Shown here in pieces: positions 25,736 through 36,000 of a DNA stretch of 64,000 bases. The notes beneath the pieces are model-generated. The model saw nothing but the letters and a program-made list of their open reading frames with translations. It did no database searches and was not told the origin of the DNA. This stretch comes from Macrostomum lignano. Taxonomy: Eukaryota. The stretch covers positions 186,001-250,000 of the forward strand of contig NIVC01000297.1 in assembly GCA_002269645.1 (NCBI GenBank). The letters are read 5' to 3'. Each line of letters begins with the position of its first letter. The first letter of the stretch is position 1. The position numbers and the translations under genes are program-made.

Positions 25736-27088
25736 TGCCAGACTTGAATCCTCTGTGCAGGCGCAATCCAAAACTCACTGCGTGAATGCAGCTGACAAGG
25801 CGCTGGAGTCCCCATTTCCTGTGATTTTGTGTCAATTTATTTCTATTGCATGCCTCAGTCCTGCTGCTTATCCCAATGCTATCGCGTTAACTGATTCGTT
25901 CATGCTGAAGCGATTTTCATAAATTCATCGGAACAGCCAGTCGGTGCCCGCTGTTGCGGCATCATCAGCTGTGCCATCCCAGCCTGCGGGCCAGTTCCAC
26001 CACCTTGCGCGTGTTCGGGCGATTCTCTATTTTCAATTGCTAATCTGGATGATTGCTAGATTCATTGCGGGCATTCGGTTAAATGTAGTCTTTATTCAAT
26101 GCTTTTTTGTATGTGACTTATCGCTGAACTCGCCTACTTGCAGTAGCAAGGATCGACTCTCTGCGATCTGTCCAGCGCTTTTTGTAAAATTCATGAAAAT
26201 TATCTAAAATTTTAGCGCTTGGCTTCAAAGCAGTTTTTTGTTCCATGCTTTCGCTGCAAGTCTTCGGGCTTTGCTGTTTATTAAATCAAATATATGCAAT
26301 GTTCAACACACCGCAGTGCTCACAACGAGTCGCTTTGAGCAGTTGCTCACGAAATCCTGTTCACTGAGCCGACTCTGCTCTCTGTCAATTTTACGCGTAA
26401 ATTCACAGTCAGCTTGGCACCAATCTGTCTCGGAGAGCACAGGTGACCTGCTCTGACAGAACGCAATTAAAATCAAAGATCTACAGTAGCTAAAAGTACA
26501 AGCCACAGCCTACAGGGTTCATCATCTTGACGTCGCGTGTCCTCAGTCAATTTCACTGCAGCCGAGTAGGCGCCAGGGGTGACATCTCTGCCGCCAGCCT
26601 CAACAATGAGAGCGCGAATTCTGACACAGCACTCAATTCACAGTCTGGGCCGCACTCAGAGTTTAGAAATCTTGTTTTCTCAGCTCATCAAAACAAATTG
26701 CCCATATTTGCAGTGCATCTCTATTTTTTCAATTATGAAAGGGACCGCCGCTGCGAGACATCTCTGACCCCCTGGTGGTGCAGCGGGGTGCTGCAATGTA
26801 CATTGAGAGTTGCAGCGGGGCTGGCGACCCTCCCCCCCCCCTTACCCCAAACCCCTCAGTGCGGCATCGCCAATTGGTCTGCGGGGTGGCGCCCGGGCCA
26901 CACTGGCCCAGTGCAGCTGCTTGGTCAATTATATGGGGTGGCCCTGAGGTGGAGAGACGGGCGCAGTAATTAAGGCGGCCAGCTGCAGCTCACTGTTATT
27001 TTTCAAGCCTCACTCGCGTCCCACGGCTGACTGGCGAAGCAACTGCCCGGACAGACCGACAGCTGCGGATGCGCCGCTGAAGCTCGAC

Positions 27089-30000
27089 ATGCCACGCCGA
27101 TCGGCCTCTGCGGCGCCGGACCTGGCGCTGGACCTGAGCCACCTGTCCGAGGCGGAGCGGCACCAGCTGACCGCCGTGCTGCAGCGAGACAGCGACCTGC
27201 AGGAGGCTGAGAGACTGCGTATCGGGTGAGTGCAGAGTCTCATTGATGAGGCTAGGAGACTGCGGATCGGGTGAGAGTGAAGTCTCATTGATGAGGCTAG
27301 GAGACTGCGGATCGGGTGAGAGTGGAGTCTCATTGATGATGAGGCTGAGAGACTGCGTATCGGGTGAGTGCAGAGTCTCATTGATGAGGCTAGGAGACCG
27401 ATCGGGTGAGAGTGGAGTCTCATTGATGATGAGGCTAGGAGACTGCGGATCGGGTGAGTGCAGAGTCTCATTGATGATGAGGCTAGGAGACTGCGGATCG
27501 GGTGAGAGTGGAGTCTCATTGATACATGTAGGAGGCTGGGCGTCCGCTCTCTTGCGCAGTCGCTGGCTGAGGGTCAGTCTGCTAAGCAGCCCCAACTGAC
27601 TGACGGCCTCTGTCGATCCCGACTCCCCAGCCTCTTCGAGTTTCCTTCCTCTTTTGAACTTCCCCATGGAATTTGCTTGAACCCTCAGGAAGCTGAAATC
27701 GTTCGTTCGCCAGGAGGATCGGTCGGCCGAGGCGCTGCTGCAGCGCAGCGAATTCAACGAGAATTACTGCATCCGCTGCTACCGCCGCTTCCTGCTGATC
27801 ATCAACCCGTGGGTCAGCTGCTGCCTGTGCAGCCTGCGCGTCTGCCGCGGCCGCTGCGCGCAGAGGAGGCGCGAATTCGATGGATTCGTGTGCGGAGTTT
27901 GCGACAGGAGCCGGTGAGGGCGCCGCTGTGGGTGCTGCTGTGGGTGATGCTGTGGGTGATGCTGTGGGTGATGCTGTGGGTGATGCTGTGGGTGCTACTG
28001 TGGATGATGCTCTGGGTGATGCTGTGGGTGATGCTGTGGGTGGTGCTGTGGGTGATGCTGTGGGTGATACTCTGGGTGCTACTCTGGGTGATGCTGTGGG
28101 TGATACTCTGGGTGATGCTGTGGGTGATACTCTGGGTGATGCTGTGGGTGATGCTGTGGGTGATGCTGTGGGTGATGCTGTGGGTGATGCTGTGGGTGAT
28201 GCTGTGGGTGATGCTGTGGGTGATGCTGTGGGTGATACTCTGGGTGCTACTCTGGGTGATGCTGTGGGTGATACTCTGGGTGATGCTGTGGGTGATACTC
28301 TGGGTGATGCTGTGGGTGATGCTGTGGGTGATGCTGTGGGTGATGCTGTGGATGATGCTGTGGGTGATGCTGTGGATGATGCTGTGGATGATGCTGTGGG
28401 TGATGCTGTGGGTGATGCTGTGGGTGATGCTGTGGGTGATGCTGTGGGTGATGCTGTGGGTGATGCTGTGGGTGATGCTGTGGGTGATGCTGTGGGTGAT
28501 GCTGTGGGTGATGCTGTGGGTGATGCTGTGGGTGATGCTGTGGGTGATGCTGTGGGTGATGCTGTGGGTGATGCTGTGGGTGATGCTGTGGGTGATACTC
28601 TGGGTGATGCTGTGGGTGATGCTGTGGGTGATGCTGTGGGTGATGCTGTGGGTGATGCTGTGGGTGATGCTGTGGGTGATGCTGTGGGTGATGCTGTGGG
28701 TGATGCTGTGGGTGATGCTGTGGGTGATACTCTGGGTGATGCTGTGGGTGATGCTGTGGGTGATACTCTGGGTGATGCTGTGGATGATGCTGTGGGTGAT
28801 GCTGTGGGTGATGCTGTGGGTGATGCTGTGGGTGCTACTGTGGATGATGCTCTGGGTGATGCTGTGGGTGATGCTGTGGGTGGTGCTGTGGGTGATGCTG
28901 TGGGTGATACTCTGGGTGCTACTCTGGGTGATGCTGTGGGTGATACTCTGGGTGATGCTGTGGGTGATGCTGTGGGTGATGCTGTGGGTGATGCTGTGGG
29001 TGATGCTGTGGGTGATACTCTGGGTGCTACTCTGGGTGATGCTGTGGGTGATACTCTGGGTGATGCTGTGGGTGATACTCTGGGTGATGCTGTGGATGAT
29101 GCTGTGGGTGATGCTGTGGGTGATGCTGTGGGTGATGCTGTGGGTGATGCTGTGGGTGATGCTGTGGGTGATGCTGTGGATGATGCTGTGGATGATGCTG
29201 TGGGTGATGCTGTGGGTGATACTCTGGGTGATGCTGTGGGTGATGCTGTGGGTGATACTCTGGGTGATGCTGTGGATGATGCTGTGGGTGATGCTGTGGG
29301 TGATGCTGTGGATGATGCTGTGGGTGATGCTGTGGGTGATGCTGTGGGTGATGCTGTGGGTGATACTCTGGGTGATGCTGTGGGTTATGCTGTGGGTGAT
29401 ACTCTGGGTGATGCTGTGGATGATGCTGTGGGTGATGCTGTGGATGATGCTGTGGGTGATGCTGTGGGTGATGCTGTGGGTGATGCTGTGGGTGATGCTG
29501 TGGGTGATGCTGTGGGTGATGCTGTGGGTGATGCTGTGGGTGATACTCTGGGTGATGCTGTGGGTGATGCTGTGGGTGATGCTGTGGGTGATACTCTGGG
29601 TAATGCTGTGGGTGATGCTGTGGGTGATGCTGTGGGTGATGCTGTGGGTGATGCTGTGGATGATGCTGTGGATGATGCTGTGGGTGATGCTGTGGGTGAT
29701 GCTGTGGGTGATGCTGTGGGTGATGCTGTGGGTGATACTCTGGGTGATGCTGTGGGTTATGCTGTGGGTGATGCTGTGGGTGATGCTGTGGATGATGCTG
29801 TGGGTGATGCTGTGGGTGATGCTGTGGATGATGCTGTGGGTGATGCTGTTGATGCTGCTGTGGATGACGCTGTGGATGATGCTGTGGGTGCTACGTGATT
29901 TTAAAGGCAGCATTTGCAGACCGCAAGTTCGCGGCCGCAATTCCTTTCTCCCGAAGGCTGTGCCAGACAGGCCAGTGCCAGTGGTTCTACGACGCAGTCA

Positions 30001-33000
30001 AGAAGAAGTTCAAGAGCTCCGGCAGCGCCAAGGTGGTGCTCAGCCTCAGTCGGGACGCGCAGCAGTTCGGCGAAGCCAGCCTGTCGGGTGAGTGGCGAGC
30101 CGATCACTTCTGATGGTGTGCAAAAGAACAAATCCAAATCCAGTTGAAAAAGATTACAGAGCTGGGTGAGCATGGCTTGGTTGTCTTGGGTGTCTTGGCG
30201 GTCGCCGCTGACTGTCGTTGGGCGCCCCTGTCTCTTGGGGGCGCCGCTGTCTCTCAGTGGGCGCCCCTGTCTCTTGGGGGCGCCGCTGTCTCTCAGTGGG
30301 CGCCCCTGTCTCTCGGTGGGCGCCCCTGTCTCTCGGTGGGCGCCCCTGTCTCTTGGGGGCGCCGCTGTCTCTCAGTGGGCGCCCCTGTCTCTTGGGGGCG
30401 CCGCTGTCTCTCAGTGGGCGCCCCTGTCTCTCGGTGGGCGCCCCTGTCTCTCGGTGGGCGCCCCTGTCTCTTGGGGGCGCCCCTGTCTCTTGGGGGCGCC
30501 CCTGTCTCTTGGGGGCGCCTCTGTCTCTCGGTGGGCGCCCCTGTCTCTTGGGGGCGCCGCTGTCTCTCGGTGGGCGCCCCTGTCTCTCGGTGGGCGCCCC
30601 TGTCTCTCGGTGGGCGCCCCTGTCTCTCGGTGGGCGCCCCTGTCTCTTGGGGGCGCCCCTGTCTCTCGGTGGGCGCCGCTGTCTACCCCTTTGCCATGCC
30701 CAACAGGTGACAAAAATTTGAGCCCCCTTCATTCGTTGTTCGTTGTCTCTTTCGTTTGAGGGCAAAAAATTATAGTGACGCTATTTGGAGGCGATTGGGA
30801 AGGCCGCTGCGTCAACTGGCAGGGAGCGGGGCATTGTGGCAATCTGACGGAGAATTGTCCAGTTCCTGATTCCTAGAACTATGGCGGCTCTTCACCCAGA
30901 CACGGGTTTCACACCCTTTCCGTGTCTTTCCATGCGGTTCAAATTCATGAAAGCCAACCCTGTACACCCTGTGAGAGCATGTGTACGAGTGCGTGCCTGC
31001 ATACAGTATTGGCCTCACCGCTGCGCCAGGGTGCCCACAGCCACATGACATGACTGCCACATCAAAAACTGACTCGAACCTCCGCCCAGCTTCGGCCGGA
31101 CAGCCCGGTCTGGCTATCGAGCAGCTGTTCGCCCAGCCCGGCCAGCGCCAGCAGCTGACGGACTCCGGCCACGGCGAGTCGCTGGGCCGCCGGCCCGTCT
31201 ACCGCACCGAGCTGACGTTCGCCACCAGGGCCAACGACGCGGAGGAAGGCGACGACCCCGCCGATGACGCGGGCTTTGAATTCCGCGCTGCCGACGACTT
31301 CGTCGGCCTGACGTCACTTGGGCGAGGCGGAGCCGGCGCTGCTGCAACCGCGGCTGCCACAGTGGACGATTCGACGGCGTCAACGGTCGGGCTGCAGATC
31401 ACCAGCTTCCAGGGCCGGCTGCACGACTCGCTGCACCACCTGCAGGCCGATCTGCGGGTCGCGGTGCCACACGAGGACCGGGCGACCTCAGCGGAGGCCG
31501 GGCAGGTGGTGGCGCGGCACGCCTCGGAGGTCGCCGATCTCATCTCGACATTCGCCCAGACGCTGCACGCCACCATGGGTGAGAGAGGGCGGGTACATTG
31601 ACCAGCCCTGCACTTCTCCGGGGACATTGTCCAGCCCTGCACTTCTCTGGGGACATTGTCCAGCCCTGCACTTCTCCGGGGACATTGTCCAGCCCTGCAC
31701 TTCTCTGGGGACATTGTCCAGCCCTGCACTTCTCCGGGGACATTGTCCAGCCCTGCACTTCTTTGGGGACATTGTCCAGCCCTGCAATTCTCCAGGGACA
31801 TTGTCCAGCCCTGCACTTCTCCGGGGACATTGTCCAGCCCTGCACTTCTCCGGGGACATTGTCCAGCCCTGCACTTATCCGGGGACATTGTCCAGCCCTG
31901 CACTTATCCGGGGACATTGTCCAGCCCTGCACTTATCCGGGGACATTGTCCAGCCCTGCACTTATCCGGGGACATTGTCCAGCCCTGCACTTATCCGGGG
32001 ACATTGTCCAGCCCTGCACTTCTTTGGGAACATTGACCAGCCCTGCAATTCTCTGGGGACATTGACCAGCCCTGCACTTCTCCAGGGACATTGTCCAGCC
32101 CTGCAATTCTCTGGGGACATTGTCCAGCCCTGCAATTCTCTGGGGACATTGACCAGCCCTGCACTTCTCCAGGGACATTGTCCAGCCCTGCAATTCTCTG
32201 GGGACATTGTCCAGCCCTGCAATTCTCTGGGGACATTGTCCAGCCCTGCACTTATCCGGGGACATTGTCCAGCCCTGCAATGTACACTCGGTGCCCTGGC
32301 ATGTACACTCGGTGCCCTGGCATGTACACTCGGTGCCCTGGCATGTACACTCGGTGCCCTGGCATGTACACTCGGTGCCCTGGCATGTACACTCGGTGCC
32401 CTGGCATGTACACTCGGTGCCCTGGCATGTACACTCGGTGCCCTGGCATGTACACTCGGTGCCCTGGCATGTACACTCGGTGCCCTGGCATGTACACTCG
32501 GTGCCCTGGCATGTACACTCGGTGCCCTGGCATGTACACTCGGTGCCCTGGCATGTACACTCGGTGCCCTGGCATGTACACTCGGTGCCCTGGGGTTGGC
32601 CTTCATGGCTGCGAATCGCACGACAACTCCAGGCTAATTTCCGTGCCCGAGCCCCAAATGAAAACGGCGCACGGAATCGAATCCGAGATCGTGGCGCGAT
32701 AGTCAGACGCGGTAACCGCTGAGCTGCTTCGCCCAGGGCATTCAAGAGAGCCGACAATAACTTGACGCGTTGCAAAGTCTCCCTAAGCTCGGGACATTCT
32801 CTCCCCCCGCACCGCAGCCAACCGCCCGGGCTCGCCCAGCTCCGTGGACGCGCGAGTGCAGCGGCTGGTGCAGCAGGAGGTGGAGCTTGCCATCGGCCTG
32901 TCCGCCGACCGCCTGTTCGCCGGGGCGCCGGCGGCTGTGGCAGCGGGCAACCTGGACGACGGCGAGGACTCCGGCCTGGCCGAGCCGGAGAGCCGGCTGG

Positions 33001-36000
33001 CCGAGTTCGTTGTGCAGAAGTTTGTCGACGACCACCTGGCAGCGCTGGCCGAAGCGGCCGCGGCTTCGGCTGCTGACAGGCGGGACTCGGCGGCGCTGCC
33101 CAGCTACCGCCCGCTGCCGCACGCACTGACGCCGGCGAAGCCGCAGCAGCAGCAGCCAGACGAGCCGGCTGGCGGAGGATTTCGCCTGCGCAACGACTTT
33201 GGCGGCGACATCTCTTTCGCCACCAGCAGCGGCAGCGTCAGCCTCCCGCAGCCGCGGCAACCGCCGGCTGGCAAAGACGCTTCCGCTGGCAGGTGAGGCT
33301 CATTTTAGTTATTGTGAACTCGTGTGACTTAACTCTTTCTGTGAGCTCATTCTTTGTTTTTTGAGCTCATTCCTAGTCCCTTAGGCTCATTCCTAGTCCC
33401 GTGAGCTCATTTCTAGTCCCGTGAGCTCATTCCTAGTCCTGTGAGCTCATTCCTAGTCCCGTGAGCTCATTCCTAGTCCCGTGAGCTCATTCCTAGTCCC
33501 GTGAGCTCATTCCTAGTCCCTTAAGCTCATTCCTAGTCCCGTGAGCAAGCTCATTCCTAGTCCCGTGAGCTCATTCCTAGTCCCGTGAGCTCATTCCTAG
33601 TCCTGTGAGCTCATTCCTAGTCCCATGAGAAAGCTCATTCCTAGTCCCATGAGAAAGCTCATTCCTAGTCCCATGAGCTCATTCCTAGTCCCATGAGCTC
33701 ATTCCTAGTCCCATGAGAAAGCTCATTCCTAGTCCCATGAGCTCATTCCTAGTCCCGTGAGCTCATTCCTAGTCCTTCGAGCTCATCACGAGTCCCTGCT
33801 GGCAGTTGTCAATTGGTGATTTTTCATTCGAGCTGCATTTCTGACATCCGGTCTCTGCTCCGCAAATTTCCCTGGGAGAATTGCCGACTTCCGTTGGGCG
33901 GCTGGCAATTCCTGTTGCATCTCTCCGAGCCGAAGCTCGAACTGAGGACTCCAAGCTGCAGCTGCAATTATTTGGCATTCGGCTCTTTGATGCATTTCGA
34001 CTGTAGCAGCTTTTATTGCAGAAACTTTTGTCATGAATTTCACCCGCTGCACTTCCCTGCCGCAATTCTTGGCCTGCTTTGCTTCTCCAACCTCGCAGCA
34101 ACCTCGACCAGCGGCGGGTGGACCAGCACATCGACAGCCTCTTCGCCTTCAACAGTTCCGATAGCTGCGGTGGCGAAGTCCAGGCTGCTGCCGCTGACCA
34201 GAGAGCCTCCTCAAAGCGTTCAGTCGGCGCCGCTGCCGCTGCGTCAACGCCGAAGCCGAGCCTCGAAGTCCGGCGGCGCCAGTCCGATCGCCTGGCTGCG
34301 CAGCCGCCGCTGCCGCCGTGCGCTCCTGCCGACGGCCTCCGCGTCGGCCGCTTCTCGGCGCGCTTTGTCCACGACTCAGTTGGGGACGACGAGGACGGCG
34401 GCGTGGAGTCCTGGGAGCTGGCGGCGCCGGTGCTGCCGCTGGCCGCCGAAGCCGAGACCATGATACTGCGGTTCAGCGGCTTCGACTGGGAGCTGAACGA
34501 GCGCACGGACCCCAGGTTCTGCGCCAAGCCGGACGCCCTGGTCTCGGTGGCCAGGGGCGAGCGCGTCTGCCTCCGCGCTGTTGTCGATGGCTCAGAGCCG
34601 TTTGGTGAGCGCTGCGGGACTGCCGGTGCAGCTCTGGGCTGGATGAGATTCAAGGATCCTGTTTACACTGGGGAGAGCCTTTTATAGGGGAAAGCTGTGA
34701 GTTGACCTCAGCCGTCGGGAAGCTGCGGACTTCTGCAATGGCTCGGGAAATTATTGCATGTAAGAACTGAATGGACGGCATCTGCAGCATCTGTATTTCT
34801 GTTTGTGCGATTGTTTTCAGGAAACGGAAGCAGTCGCATCTCTGTAGGTGACTTATGCATGTGATGAAGAATATTTTTATCCAGTCGGGCACCGATATTT
34901 TGCCACTTTTCAAAGCTAGAAGCAAACAACAAGAAACTCCCCGCCCCTCACAGAAGTTGTGTGGCACCGGCTGAAGTCCGGACGGGCGTTCGAAATCGGC
35001 AACAGCGACAAGTTCGAGCTGGAGTCGGACCCTCACGGGGACGGCTCGCACTGCCTGACGTTGTACCACGCTGCTGACGCGGATGCGGGCGCCTACCTGA
35101 TCCTGGCAGCGAATGCTCAGCAGGCTGTGCTGCACGGCTTCCGCCTGCAAGTGACAGGTGCGTCCTCCGCTTTAAAGCTCTGTAAACGCTCGCAATTCAA
35201 GTTATGAAAAAGCAGAGAGAGGGTCTACTTTTTCAGTAGTTTGTCTGCGCAGTGTCACTTAAATATAATGTGGCAGCTAAAACATTTCGTTTCCTTGCTA
35301 ATGGTTTGGTGACCTCAGGAGCATTTGGGGTTGAGAATTAGCAACACGAATTTCACTCGATGTACACAAGTGAACGCAAGACGACCGAAACTCAGCGGGA
35401 GCCTAAAATATCTTCACGCTTCGCTCCTTCACATTCGGTTTTAGGCGTTGTGATAAAACTTAGGCGATACGAGAGTATGAAATTTGGGCGATGTAGACGT
35501 CATCAAGCTCTCATCTAAGCTTTCTACACAGTAAGCGCGTGAACTTACTCTATTAACTAGTACGCTCGTACTAACCGTTGAGTCATGACTCAGCATCCGG
35601 GGTCTGCAGAACGTAAAAATGCATTTCGAGCAGCCCATCCTGAGTTCGAAGCGCACCCACCCTGCAGAGAACCCTCGGCCAGCGAAGCCACCGGAGTTCA
35701 CGCAGCCGATGTCGGACACCCGCTCGCGCGAGGGTCGCACGGCCCGCTTCGCCTGCCGGGTCGCCGGCCAGCCGAGGCCCCGCGTCTCCTTCCTGCGCGA
35801 CGGCAAGCCTATCCGACCGGATGGTGGGGGCAAGTACGAAATTGGTGAGTCACCCTCCTGCTGGTATCTTCATATCACCGATGCTAAGGAGTACTTCTGG
35901 GCTAGGGCACGAACATAGGCCGCGCCACAGATGGGTTGCGGCCAAGTTTGCACGTGTCTTTGCAGGTAGGGTGTCTGCAGTGTCGTCAGGCAGCACCTTC

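Noticed and set aside
20145-25835. Many overlapping repetitive ORFs (MPQDSRG, MGSHRHQQ, HTQVLSG)
   Set aside because: Artifacts of 29-bp and 23-bp arrays; open in several frames, with no domain content.
27677-30091. Long ORFs of 672-804 aa ((VMLW)n, (GDAV)n, (HSIT)n)
   Set aside because: They are translations of a stop-free 12-bp array lying between a valid donor (27914) and acceptor (29956). The true exon frame hits TGA immediately after the donor.
30144-33126. Repetitive ORFs (WAPLSLGG, LSSPAL, MYTRCPG)
   Set aside because: Intronic minisatellites of the MYRIP-like gene.
32742-34653. Antisense ORFs of 172-294 aa over MYRIP exons
   Set aside because: GC-rich antisense shadows of real exons, with no recognisable motifs.
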